Origin: Squalus acanthias
Taxonomy: Eukaryota
Direction of reading: 5' to 3'
NCBI GenBank assembly: GCA_030390025.1
Contig: CM059431.1
Span: 146,570,001 to 146,634,000, forward strand
Length of the DNA stretch: 64,000 nucleotides
Below the pieces are notes generated by a model. The model was given only the letters and a program-made list of their open reading frames with translations. It did no database searches and was not told the origin of the DNA. A program made the translations under genes and the position numbers. Shown one piece after another: positions 40,770 through 54,148 of this stretch (positions within the stretch are counted from its first letter, which is position 1; the number at the start of each line of letters is the position of its first letter).

Positions 40770-41235
40770 TGGAGGAGTCCGTGTTCCATGTTTATGTGGA
40801 ATGTGAGAGGTTGCAGTCCCTCTTCCATTATTTGAAGGGGCTGCTCCTAATTTTTGGTTGCACTTCAGTCCCACGCTCCTGATCTTTGGTCGCCCGGTGC
40901 GAAGGGGAGCGGGCAGGTCGGGGATCTCCCTATAGGACTGATCCTGGGCCTGGCCAAAGTGGCCATCAACTGGTCCAGGCAGCGGGCGGACGAGTGTGTC
41001 GTTCGGCCCGACCGCCTGCCTCTCTTTCGCGGCCACGTTCGCGCCCGGGTGGCCCTGGAGATGGAGCACGCGGTGTCCGCCGGCACGCTCGAGGCCTCCC
41101 GCGACCGTTGGGCACCGGAGGGACTGGGGTGCGTCATCACCCCCGGCAACAGGATTTTAATTTAAGCTGTTAAGTTTCATTTAATATTTTCTGTTAAGTT
41201 ACAGTTTATTTGTTTATTGTCTCCACCAAAAGAGC
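40770..41235 (+). mobile_element. Tx1/L1-clade LINE 3' fragment with 18-bp TSD
   Basis: LILGLAKVAINWSR motif in ORF 40854-41165. TACAATAGAAATGCTGCC is duplicated at 40752-40769 and 41236-41253. Confidence 0.88.
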
Positions 41236-42744
41236 TACAATAGAAATGCTGCCCTTGTATGATTCATTATTTGCTCCAAATAGGCACGGTCTATAAATTG
41301 TCAGACAGCTTGTCCGACATCCAGTCCTGGATGAACAGAAATTTCCTCCAACTAAATATTGGGAAGACCTGAGCTGTTAAAACCTTCTAATTAAACTGGT
41401 ACTTGGACTTATTTCATAGATCAGCATTTGTTTTCTTTCATCAAGCTCACAATTTATTAGTCCCCATGTTTACAACTTCCTGTTCTGATGCTCACTAAAG
41501 GACTAACAATGTTTTATACCTCCTACAAGTAATGTGGCTGAACTTCAGAAAGAGATTCCCAGCCAGATATTCAATGTTAATTTTCAGGATTAAAATATAT
41601 AATTGATAGTGGTAATAGAAAAAACTCTTCTTTCCTTGTTATGGATGCATTATATTGTTTGTTATGTGCTTCATTTTTTAGATGAAAGGACAGAATTGGT
41701 CTCTTAAATCTGACAGATGTTCACTTTATTTAAATTTCTTATTCAACTTCCCAAGTAATTAAAATGAAACTCGGTAGAAGAAAAAAAGTCTTCTCCACCT
41801 AAACCTGCACAATGAAGATCTGCTATTAATAAATCAGCCTCAATCCGTCTAACCGTCTGTGTGCTGGGTTCTTTGCTCTAAAAAGCTTTATTCATCACAC
41901 AGAAACCTCACAGGATGAATGAGATTATTGTCCTCTGTATCTGCATCAAATCAATTCAAACCTCTCTGCAGTCAGCTACTGTTAAGCGAGGAGTCTGTTT
42001 GACACATTTTCTCCACCAATATTCAGGAACCTCTTTTATTGCAAGTGACAGATATTTTCTCTCTGTATTTTTTCCTAAAATTGCTTTGTAGCATTGTTAA
42101 GAAAACATGTAAGGGAGGACTAATCATTTTCCAAACAAAATTGATTGAGCAGATTGTAAACGGCGCTATCCCATGTTTGTCTTGGTATCAGGGAATGCAA
42201 AGTGGTGATTTTTCCACTGTAGATCTTCTTTTACGATGTGAAACAGGCTCCTTCACTTGCTTTACCAACCAGAATAAACACCTCGGTAATTGCTGGGTAG
42301 TTGGTGGACAAACAGCCCAACTCTACGGCAATAATTGTTTTTTCACAGGAGGAGCTGTCAAGGCAAGAGCGCAAGATCAGGATTTAGCGCATGCGCGGTA
42401 ATCCCGAACTTGTATCATAATTCAAAGGTGTTTGATGACGTAGTCTCAGAGTACACCGTCATACCCACTCAATGTCCGGAACAATGTAACAGGGCATTCA
42501 GCATCAGCAACCAATGCAATGTCCCTCGAATAAAAATCCCTCTGGTTGCTTTGTAACAGTTACTGTTTAATTATTGGTGATGCTAATGTCTCCAATTTGT
42601 TGTACGGTTAATTTTGAAGTGCAATAATTTCTCATTCCGTCCAAGAGAAATGTATGTTTACAGTCTGACTGTAATCAGATTAAACAGCATGTGGCTGAGT
42701 TTCTCCAGCATTTTCTGTTTTATACCAGTAAATTAATCATAGGC

Positions 42745-45700
42745 TCACCACCAGTAATGTTAAAATAGGGTCACCATCAGTAATGGTAGAGTAGGGTCAC
42801 CATCAGTAATTCTAGACTCGGTTCACGATCAGTAATGTTCGACCAGGTTCACCAACAGTCATGTTAGAGTAGTTTCAACACCAGTAACGATAGAGTAGGG
42901 TCATCACCCGTTATGTTAGAGCAGGGTAAACACCAATAATGATAGAGTAGTTCACCAGGGTCACCACCATAATGTTGGAGTAGAGTCACCACCAATAATG
43001 TTAGAGTGCCGTCATACCAGAAATGTTAGTGTGGGGTCACCACCAGTAATGTTAGAGTTGAGACACCACCAGTAATGTTAGAGGGCAGTCAGCACCAGTA
43101 ATGTTAGTGTGGGGTCACCACCATTAATGTTGGAGTTGACTCACTACCAATAATGTTAGAGTAGGGTCACCAACAGCAATTATACAGAAGGGTTACAATC
43201 AGTTAAGTCAGAGTGGGGTAACCAAAGGTAATGTTAAATCACGGTAACCACCAGTAATGTTGGAGAATGGTCACCATCAGTAGTGTTAAATTAGTTTCAC
43301 GAGGAGAAACTTTAGAGTAACGTCACCAACAGTAACGTTATAGTACGATCAATACCAGTAAGGTTAGAGTTGGGATATCACGATTAATTTTAGAGTAGGT
43401 TCACCACTTGTAATGTAGGAGAAGGATCAGTACTGGCAATGTTAGTCTAGTGTCATGACATGTACACTAAGAGTACGATCAACCTCATTAATGTTAGCGT
43501 AGGGTCAGCACCTGTAATGTTAGAGTAGGGTCACCACTAGTAAGTAAGAGTGGTGTCATCACTGGTAATGTTAGAGTACGGTCCTCGACAGTAATGTTAC
43601 AGTCGAGACAGCACCAGTTATGTTAGAGTAGTGTCACCAGCAGTAATGTAATCACCGTGTCAAAGTCAGTAATGTTAGAGTAGAGTCACCACCAGTAATG
43701 TTACAGTAGGATCACCATCAGTAATGCTAGACTAGGTTCACCACCAGTAATGTTCGACCAGGGTCACCAACAGTAATATTAGAACAGTTTCAACAGCAGC
43801 ATCGCTAGAGTAGGGTAACCACCAGTTATGTTAGAGCAGGGTAAACACCAATAATGTTGCAGTAGGTTCACCAGCACTAACGTTCGACCAGGGTCACCAA
43901 CAGTAATGTTAAAGTAGTTTCAACACCAGTAATGTTAGAGTAGGGTCTCCACCAGTAATGTTAGAGTAGGGTCTCCACCAGTAATGTTAGAGTAGGGTCA
44001 CCACCAGTAATGTTGGAGTAGGATCACCGCCATTAAAGTTATCATAGAGTTACCACTAGTAATGTTCGAGTAGGGTCACCACCAGTAATGTTGCGGTAGG
44101 TTAACCACCAGTAATGTTAGAGTAGAATCACCACCAGTATTGTTAGAGCAGGGTCATCGCCAGTAATGTTAGAGTAGGGCCACCACCAGTAACGTTGGAG
44201 TGGGATCACCATCAGTAATGTTAGAGTAGGGACAAGACAATATTTATGTTAGGATATGGTCAATACCATTAATGTTAGCGTGGATTCACCATCAGTAATG
44301 TTAGTATAAGGTCAGCACCAGTAATGTTAGTGTAGTTTCACCAACAGAAATGCTAGAGTAAGTCACTATCAGTAATGTTAGTTTAAGTTCCCACCATTGA
44401 TTTTAGAGTAGGGTCACAATCAGCTATGTTAGAACAGTGTCACCATCAGTTGTATTAGTGTAGTGTCCTGTAACGTTAGAATAGTGTTACCAGCAGCAAT
44501 GTTAGAGGACAGTCACCATAAATAATGTTCGAATTTGGTCACAACCAGTAATGTTAGAGTAGAGGCACCACCAGTAATTTAAGATTGGTTCACCGCCATT
44601 AATGCTAGAGTAAGGTCAACACCAGTAATGTTCGAGTATGGCCAGCACAATTAATGTTAGATTAGGATCAACACTAGTCGTGTTAGTGTAGCGTCACCAC
44701 CAGTAATTCTCGAGTAGGGCCACCTTCAGTTATAAAAAAGTAGAGTCACCACCAATAATGTTAGAGTAGGGAAACCACAAATTTAGTGTTAGAGTAGGGT
44801 CAGCTAACCTAATGTTAGAGTGATTCACCACCAGTAAGGTTAGATTAGGGTCTCCACCAGTAATGATAGAACAGTGTCAATACAGTAATGTTAGAGTAGA
44901 GTCTCCACCAGTAATGTTAGAGTAGCGTCACCACAATAATGTTAGTGTGGGATTGTCATCATTAATGATAGACTAGAGATACCACCAGTAATGTTAGAGT
45001 GAAAAAGCATCAGTAATGTTAGCGTAGGAACAACACCATTAATTTTAGAGTAGAATCAACACCATTAATTTCAGAGTAGGCACGCCTCCAGTAATGTTAT
45101 TGTAGGGTCACCAGCAGTAATGTTAGAGAAGAGTCAGGACCAGTAATGTTAGAGTTGAGACACCACCAGTAATGTTAGAGTAGGTCACCATCAGTAATGT
45201 TAGAGTAGGGTCACCACCAGTAATGTTAAAACAGGGTCACCACCAGTAATGTTTTAGTGGGGTCACCACCAGTAATGTTAGAGAACGGACAACAGTAGTA
45301 ATGTTAGAGTAGGGTCACCACCAGTAATGTTAGAGTAGGGTCACCACCAGTAATGTTAGTGTAGGGTCACCACCATTAATGTTTGAGTGGGGTGACCATC
45401 AGTAATGTTAGAGTAGGGTCACCACCAGTAATATTAGTGTAGGGTCACCACTGGTAATGTTAGTGTAGGGTCACCAGCAGTAATGTTAGAGTAGGGTCAC
45501 CACCAGTAATGTTAGAGTAGAGGCACCAGCATTAATGTTAGAGTAGGGTCACCAGCAAGTAATGTTACAGTAGGGTCACCACTAGTAATGTTAGAGTAGG
45601 GTCGCAACCAGTAATGTTAGAGTAGAGTCACCACCAGTAATGTTAGAGTCGAGTCACCACCAGTAATGTTAGAGTAGCGTCACCAACAGTAATGTTAGAG

Positions 45701-47055
45701 TTGAGATACCAGCAGTTATGTTAGAGTAGGGTCACCACCAGTAATGTTAGAGTAGGGTCACCACCAGTAATGTTAGAGTAGGTCACCACCAGTAATGTTA
45801 GAGTAGGGTCACCACCAGTAATGTTAGAGTAGGGTCACCACCAGTAATGTTAGAGTAGGGTCACCACCAGTAATGTTAGAGTAGGGTCACCACCTGTAAT
45901 GTTAGAGTAGGGTCACCACCAGTAATGTTAGAGTAGGGTCACCAGCAGTAATGTTAGAGTAGGGTCACCACCAGTAATGTTAGAGTAGTGTCACCACCAG
46001 TAATGTTAGAGTAGGGTCACCAGCAGTAATGTTAGAGTAGAGTCACCACCAGTAATGTTAGAGTGTGGTCACCACCAGTAATGTTAGAGTAGGGTCACCA
46101 CCAGTAATGTTAGAGTAGGGTCACCACCAGTAATGTTAGAGTATGGTCACTACCAGTAATGTTAGAGTAGGGTCACCACCAGTAATGTTAGAGTAGGGTC
46201 ACCACCAGTAATGTTAGAGTAGGGTCACCAGCAGTAATATTAGAATTGAGTCACCAGCAGTAATGTTAGAGTAGGGTCGCTACCAGTAATGTTAGAGAAG
46301 GGTCACCACCAGTAATGTTAGAGCAGGGTCACCACGAGTAATGTTAGAGTAGGGTCACCATCAGTAATGTTAGAGTAGGGTCACCACCAGTAATGTTAGA
46401 GCAGGGACACCACCTTTAATGTTAGAGTAGGGTCGCCCCCAGTAATGTTATAGTAGGGTCACCAGCAGTAATGTTACAGTAGGTTCACCAGCAATAATGT
46501 TAGAGTAGGGTCACCATCAGTAATGTTAGAGTAGGGTCACCACCAGTATTGTTAGAGTACTGTCACCAGTAGTAATGTTAGAGTAGGTTCACCAGCAGTA
46601 ATGTTAGAGTTGTGTCACCACCAGCAATGTTAGAATAGGGTCACCACCAGTAATGTTAGAGTAGGATCACCACCAGTAATGTTCGAGTAGTGTCACCACC
46701 AGTAATGTTAGAGTAGGGTCACCACCAGTAATGTTAGAGTAGGGTCTCCAGCAGCAATGTTTGAGTAGTTACACCAGCAGTAATGTTAGAGTAGGGTCAC
46801 CACCAGTAATGTTAGAGTAGTGTCACCACCAGTAATGTTAGAGTAGTGTCACCACCAGTAATGTTAGAGTAGGGTCACCACCTGTAATGTTTTAATAGGG
46901 TTACCACCAGTAATGTTAGAGTAGGGTCACCACCATTAATGTAAGAGTAGGGTCACCAGCAGTAATGTTAGAGTAGAGTCACCACCAGCAATGTTTGAGT
47001 AGTGTCACCAGCAGTAATGTTAGAGTAGGGTCACCACCAGTAATGTTAGAGTCGA
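42745..47055. repeat. 26-bp satellite, ~4.3 kb (~165 units)
   Basis: Unit GTAATGTTAGAGTAGGGTCACCACCA, diverged at left and homogeneous from ~45150. Confidence 0.98.
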
Positions 47056-47439
47056 TTCATCTACAGTAATGTAAGATTAGATTCATCTTCAGTCATAGAG
47101 CCGATTCATCATCATTCATCATCACAGTACAAAGCAAATCGTTAAACAATGGATGAGTGACGATTTCACCAAATTAACATGTGACTTCAAGAACCTAATG
47201 CAGAGTCCGGGAGGGATGTTGCCTTCAGTTTTCACCAGAGATTCGCAGAGCACCTTCCCTCTGGGATCACTTTCCGTTCATTGATTTTAATGGACCGAGT
47301 TTCATGGACTAAGTTGTCCAATTTCCCCAGTGGCGGCCGGGGCGCACTGAAGGGGAAAATCGCCCCTTGTTTGTTAAGTGACTGTAACTAACGCCAATTA
47401 TTGTGTAACATGATTTTCTCACAGGGGCAGCGGCGGTCC

Positions 47440-47445
47440 TATAAA
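47440..47445 (+). promoter_or_regulatory. TATA box of GPCR gene 2
   Basis: CCTATAAAGGGG 85 bp upstream of the ATG, with CCAAT at ~47394. Confidence 0.65.
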
Positions 47446-47524
47446 GGGGGAGCATTTACGGATCTCCGATTGACTCTAGTCGGAACCGTAAAGTCGCTCA
47501 ATCTTCACACAAATCTGCAAAACA

Positions 47525-47594
47525 ATGGCACGGCCAGCAATTCAACAGATAAGGGACATTTACTATCATTTTCTCGCAGCCTTTGGCGTTCCCG
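47525..47594 (+). CDS. GPR139/GPR142-like class A GPCR gene 2, coding exon 1
   Basis: MARPAIQQIRDIYYHFLAAFGVP plus one G, followed by a GTAAGT donor (phase 1). Confidence 0.9.
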
Positions 47595-48344
47595 GTAAGT
47601 CAATGTATCCTGTTGCCTTATAGCTGTTGACTATCTGAGTGTTAATGCAACATATTCCGAGAATGTCCTCATTGCAGATTCATTCATCCACCGGGATCAG
47701 TCGCTGAATATCAGCGGGAATCCTACCAGAACGCGCGGCCGCTGTTCTGATGGGCAGATCCTTTGTACCGGGCGCTCAACCTTCCTCCCTATACTGAGGG
47801 AGGGCGAGGCTAATTCCCCGGGCTCTCCAACCGTGCATAGATCACTAAAGAATGTGTTTCTCAGTGTCTATAATATTCAACTCATTTGTGCCGTTGTTCC
47901 CTGTCTATATTAATTTGATAATTCCTCGGACTGCAGCCACCTCCACCCAACAGGGGACTTTGAAAGATATTTTGAGAAATAATTTCCACTCAAGAAGATG
48001 CTCCACTCCCCTCGGCAGAATTTGGACATAAATTGAACGTTTTTCTCTCAGCTGAATGTTTCATTTGAATTATATCTTTCCATTAATTGCCGTGAAATTA
48101 TTTTTAATATTTGACAAAGACTGAGTGAAGTCTGCTGGAAGGATGATGGATTTTCAGTCCCTCTATATTGAATGTCCAATGAATAATTTATGTTAAACAA
48201 AATACATTAACCCTCGCCTATATTCATGATAACAATCCGTGTGCATAACCCTAAGTAGGGACACATCTGAACATTTCCCCACAATATGCTGTGAGATTTA
48301 TCTAAATGACCCCGTTACTGACCTCTTGTCCCTCTTTCTCACAG

Positions 48345-49249
48345 CGAACCTACTGACAATCGTGATTCTCTGCAGAGGAAACTGCGGCCTTTCCAAATGT
48401 ATCTCTGTCTACATGGTGGCCATGGCAACAGCAGATCTACTGGTCATGATCATCAATGTAATAGTGAACCGCATTTTACGTTATCACTTTCCACATTCAT
48501 TCCTGTCGTTAACTGCCGTTTGTAAGTTCATTATATATGTGCAATGTGTCACCCTGTATTTGTCGGTGTGGTTTACAGTCTCGTTCACCTTTGACCGATT
48601 TGTAGCTATATGTTGTGAGAAGTTTAAAACCAAGTATTGCACAGTGAGAACTGCGGCCGCGGTTATAACAACGGTTTCTTTCCTGATCTGTTTACAGAGC
48701 CTCCTCTTTTGGTTTGCATATGAACCTGAGCGAATAATTCACAATGTTCACTGGGGTTGCCGCGCCAGAGTGGAGTTTTTTTCATCGCCTGTAGGTGTGG
48801 CTTTCTCTTGGTTACAAAGCATTTGGTTTTCTTGGATTGCTTTTGCTTTGATATTACTGTTTAATTGTTTGACAGTCAGACGTATTTTAGTGGCCAGTAG
48901 AGCCCGCAGGGGACTCCGGGGTCACAGCAGTGAGAATCAGAGCGATCCAGAGATGGAGAACCGAAGGAAATCCATCATTTTACTGTTCAGTGTATCGGGC
49001 AGTTTTATACTGTTGTGGCTGACAACTGTCGTTACTTTTGTAACTACCAGAATGACAAGCACCGTGCATTACAGAGGTGATTATGCAGATCCTGCCTATA
49101 TTGCCGCTGAAACAGGATTTATGCTCATGTATTTGAGTTCCTGTACAAATACATGTATTTATGCAGCTACTCAAACTAAATTCAGGGAAGAGCTGAAGCA
49201 GGTGGTGAAATCTCCTTGCACATTTATTGGCAAAAAATTGAAAAATTAA
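48345..49249 (+). CDS. GPR139/GPR142-like class A GPCR gene 2, coding exon 2 (spliced protein 324 aa)
   Basis: CTCACAG acceptor. PANLLTIVIL, MATADLLV, FTFDRF and TNTCIY motifs in an intact frame. Confidence 0.93.
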
Positions 49250-51759
49250 AACAAATATCCCGGTCCAATCTAGAGATAAATCAAAGCCCGTGTTCCATTT
49301 TGGAATAGCCATCTTTCTGTTTGGACGGAAAGCGGTTTGTTATTGTGAAAATGAACAAGAATCAGAAAACATTTCTCCCACTTTGTGCTGGGTGTTTGAT
49401 GTCTGCTGCTTTCCCCGAGTGATCATAATCGATTCCCGTAAAACAGCGCCCTTCCCGCTCTAGATTCAAAGAGAACAGTCATGACTGAGCTTCAGCAGTG
49501 GAGTAGAACATGTGGGCGTCAGCGTTAACTGCCTCACACCGCAGGTACTGGAATGAGACGCCCCAGTTTAATTAACAGATAAAGTTATCTTTAGTGCAGA
49601 AACAATCTGTTACAATGGTGGTTAACTGTAATTCTGTAATCTCGGTGTGAATGTTGCAGGCGCTGGTCTCCCCATCAGACTCCGCCCACCATTGTCTCCT
49701 GGACCAATAGAACGGGGCCCTGTTTCCTGATCAGTGTCTGATGATGGAGACAGTAGGAACTTGACTCGTCAATGTGACATTAGACATCTTTGTTCACAGA
49801 TATTTACTGAAAATCTCAACTGGTCATCACAATGTTGGAATGTTATAACAGGAGACAGTCCATTCGACCCAATCAGTTCTTGTCGACTTTTACCCTCCAC
49901 CCGCGGCAATTGTTCCATGCACTTCACCCAGCCGGTCTCAACATCACTTCAACCTATTTTTATTGAGCCGTCTATGCAGTTTAATCTTCAATATTGATCT
50001 TATTTCTGCCTCCGTTATTTCCATCGTCTCACAACTCTCCATGTAAAGGGGTTTTCATACCTTTAGTTCTAAATCTCTTACATTTGTCATTTTATCTCTG
50101 GCCGTTAGTTCCTGATCCTTCAACTAACGGAAGGTTCTGCTTCCAACTATCCTGTGCCATCCTTCTTAATGTAAACCACCTGGGTACGACTCGCCTAAAG
50201 ATATGAGTCTGGTATCAAAGCACAGTCTAGTGAAAGTCTGGAAAGTGTACTTAAGATGGTTAATTGCAAGCTTTCTCTTGGTGATGTCTGAATCCTTGAT
50301 TTGGCTGACGAAGTAAAATAATATATTTGACAGCCTGGCAAATGCCCGAAACCTGCTGATGCTTTGTACATGAGCAACCAGCATGGTCTATGCGTGATGA
50401 AGGTATTTTGAGGAACGGATCCAAAAACTGGTCAGTCACGCAGACAACACCATTACATGAAATGGTTATTATGGCTCTGGATAGTGACAACTTATGTAAA
50501 ATCAATGGACGGAGATCTGCGCAATAGAATAGGCCGAGATAGATTTATGATGCTGAGGAGATATTGTTTAGTGTTCACCTTAAATACTCTAACGCCAACG
50601 AAGGGGGCGCTGTAAAGAAAGGATTAATCAGGCTATCCTAACGAATGGTAATGTCATAGAGTATTGTTTTCTCTTGATAATGTAGCAATATTAATCTCTA
50701 GCTTGTCCTGTTAAGCAGGGAATTACACGTCTGTTTAAAGTACCACTGGGCTGTTGGGCCAGGGCTGACTCTGCAACAATGGTCAGTTTCAGGATGAAGT
50801 AATCAACGATTTAATTAAACACATGTCATTGCAAGAAGATTCGTCAATTTCAGGGATTTTCATCATTTGGTAACAGTTTGGGAAGACATGCAGTTTTGCA
50901 AAGGAAAACATCTGGACATCCATCATCATTTTCAATTAGTACAATAGATACAGAAACAGACAGAATTACTGTTAAACGTTTCACTTGGTACAATTGCAAT
51001 TATTTGGTCAAGTGAAACTATCGATAAGATAAGTCAATTAAATTATCTTTATGAGGAGATTAATTTTAACGTTCAAATTATTATGCAGTGCAGAATTGTG
51101 TGGATTGTCAAGTGCAGGGTGTGAGACAATGTATTATTCGGTTTGGTAAAGCATAAAATAGGATTTCAGGACTGTGACATGTTTGGGTCTCCATCCAACC
51201 ATCATCAGGTGTGATTCTAATTTCTGCCTTTTAAGTGTGTGTGTAAGGACTATTGCATGTATTATGTGCTTAATAAACCTATGGCACCTCACTCCAATGT
51301 TCAAGAACATTATTGAAAATCGTATGTTAACAATAGCCTCTGTAATTTAATTGTGAATGGACTTCATTCATTTTCTGTCATTAAGAGCCCCCTTTGCCCG
51401 TCACTTTTTAACATTCCACTTGACCCAGACGTTCTCCAAAACCAAAATCCTCTTGTTTGCAGGGCCCCGTGGAATCCGGGCTCCGCCAATCGGGCTGGGA
51501 TCCAGCTTCTGGGGAAAGTGGTGATTAGTTGCGGGCGGTTTTCTGTTAGAGCCACATTCTCATTTAACTGGATGCGGACAACCAGGCCCCAGTCAGCCAG
51601 CCGGCAAATGTTTTAGTTCCATCAGTCAGCGATGTTCTGCAATCAGCTACAATACTGAGAAGGCGACGTGCAATCAACCACATCATCCAAACTCCACTAG
51701 TAAAATAGAAAGGAAAGGTATGAATAATTAACCATTACATTACCGTGTCACATTCAATC

Positions 51760-52270
51760 TGATTTGGTTCTGATTCTCCGTCTCCTGTTTCTAATTAACC
51801 AGTTGTTGTATTCGCTTGTGTTTCCCTGAAATTCCCATCCCCTCTAATTCTAAATAAACAGTTACTGTCTATTCAGCTCAGTACTTTTAAATAAACAGTT
51901 ACCGTGTTACACGTATGATCCCTTTTATTCCATTTCTATTTAGACAGTTGGTTTATTCCCCTGAATTCCCTTGTGCTCTATATATAATTGAACAGTTGAT
52001 TTCCACCCCTGTCCCCTACACCTAAATGAAGGATTATTGTGTTACGCTGGGCCCTATTTCTAATATCAGTTGCCATATTCCCCTGTCCTCTATTTCTAAT
52101 TAAGCCATTACTGTATTCTATTTCTAATTAACAGTTATTTTGTTCCACTTAATTTTCCTGTTCTCCGTTTCTAATTAAACATTTACAGTGTTCCCCTAAA
52201 TTCCCCTTTATTCTATTTCTAACTTTGCTGCCCGTGTTCCCCTGAACTCCCCTGTCCTCTAGTTTTAATT
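51760..52270. repeat. Degenerate ~45-50 bp pyrimidine-rich tandem repeat
   Basis: Recurring CCCCTGTCCTCTATTTCTAATTAAACAGTTACTGTGTTC-like units. Confidence 0.7.
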
Positions 52271-52622
52271 ATGAAGATTAGGAAGGAATCCTGTTCCACA
52301 GATAGACAGTCGCTACTGAAATAATGTTTCCAGAGATTAGTTTTGAATTTGCCCTCTTCAATCTCATGTCGTGTCCTCTGGTTCTATTGTTCTGGAAAAG
52401 GTGAAACAGTTCGTCATGGTCCACCTTATTGAGTGGATTCAGAGCAGTGTCTCGCACACATTCAGGTCCCCGATATTCCTGTGATTTTTTTGTATACTGT
52501 TCATAGGATTGTTAATATGAAAAGGTTAATTAATCTTCTGGTGCTGAGGTCTTAGTTTAATGGGTTACAAATTTCAATTCAGAATCGAACAGTCTCTATC
52601 TTAGGACTGTATATAATACAAA

Positions 52623-54148
52623 AATGAGAAGTCGCACAACACCAGGTTATAGTCCAACAGATTTATTTAATTTTACAAGCTTTCGGAGCAGTTCGCTCCT
52701 TCGTCAGGTAAGTTTAGCAGTGAGAGAATCTCCCAGAATTCACAATTTAAACACAGACAAAATATATTCAAAACTTTCCCTACATCAAAGAGCATAGTCA
52801 AGACAATGAGATGTGTCCCAGGGGGTCCAACGTGTCAAACCACCTGCTGGCTGCGTATCCTGTCAATCTGTGTAGGTTCTTGTGTTAGCCTTTTTTAAAA
52901 AAAAACACCTGGGAAGACCGGCCATGATGTCAAGTCACGTTCTGTATCGTGACATGAGCCCGATATCGCGATTGAGGCCATCCTCATGAGTGCGGAACTT
53001 GGCTAACAGTTTCTGCTCTATGATTTTGCGCTGTCGTGTATCTCGAAGGCCGCCTTGGAGAACGCTTACCCGCATATCCGAGGCTGATTGCCCCTGGCTG
53101 CTGAAGTGTTCCCCGACTGGGAGGCAACCCTCCTGCCTGGCGATTGTTGCGCGGTGTCCGTTCATACGTTGTCTCAGTGTCTGCATGGTCTCGCCGATGT
53201 ACCATGCTCTGGAGCATCCTTTACTGCAACGTATCAGGTAGACAACGTTGGCCGAGTCACATGAGTATGTACCGTGTACCTGGTGGGTAGTGTCCTCACG
53301 TGTGATGATGGTATCTGTGTCCATGATTTGGCATGTCTTGCAGAGGTTGCCGTGGCAGGGTTGTGTGGTGTCTTGGTTGCTGTTCGCCTGAAAGATGGGT
53401 AATCTGCTGCAAACGATGGTACTTTTGAGGTTAGGCGGCTGCTTGAAGGTGAGTAGTGGAGGCGTGGGGATGGCCTTAGCAAGGTGTTCGTCGTCATCGA
53501 TGACATGTTGAAGGCTGTGAAGAACATGGCGTAGTTTTTCCGCTCCGGGGAAGTACTGGACGACGTAGGGTACTCTGTTGGTTGTGTCCCGTGTTCGTCT
53601 TCTGAGGAGGTCTATGCGGTTTTTCGCTGTGGCCCGTCGGAACTGTCGATCGACGAGTCGAGCGTCATATCCAAGGCGGCCTTCGAGATACACGACAGCG
53701 CAAAATCATAGAGCAGAAACTGATAGCCAAGTTCCGCACTCATGAGGATGGCCTCAATCGCGATATCGGGTTCATGTCACGATACAGAACGTGACTTGAC
53801 ATCATGGCCGGTCTTCCCAGGTGTTTTTTTTTTAAAAAAGGCTAACACAAGAACCTACACAGATTGACAGGATATGCAGCCAGCAGGTGGTTTGACACGT
53901 TGGACCCCCTGGGACACATCTCATTGTCTTGACTATGCTCTTTGATGTAGGGAAAGATTTGAATATATTTTGTCTGTGTTTAAATTGTGAATTCTGGGAG
54001 ATTCTCTCACTGCTAAACTTACCTGACGAAGGAGCGAACTGCTCCGAAAGCTTGTAAAATTAAATAAATCTGTTGGACTATAACCTGGTGTTGTGCGACT
54101 TCTCATTTTTGTCCACCCCAGTCCAACGCCGGCATCTCCAGATCATGA
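52623..54148. mobile_element. Young Penelope element (family A) with inverted terminal duplication: minus arm 52623-53672, plus arm 53670-54148
   Basis: GIY-YIG ORF (NVVYLIRC...WYIGET) on the minus strand and an inverted copy of the last ~440 bp. TATATAATACAAA flanks both sides (52610-52622, 54153-54165). Confidence 0.93.
54023..54056 (+). ncRNA. Minimal hammerhead-ribozyme-like motif in the Penelope 3' repeat (also 52675-52708 minus and 57601-57633 plus)
   Basis: CTGACGA-A-GGAGC-gaact-GCTCC-GAAA-GCTTGTA contains the CUGANGA and GAAA core boxes around a 5-bp stem II. Confidence 0.65.

Noticed and set aside
53673..53693. N-terminus MYLEGRL of ORF 52935-53693 as a real start
   Set aside because: It crosses the inversion junction and is chimeric.
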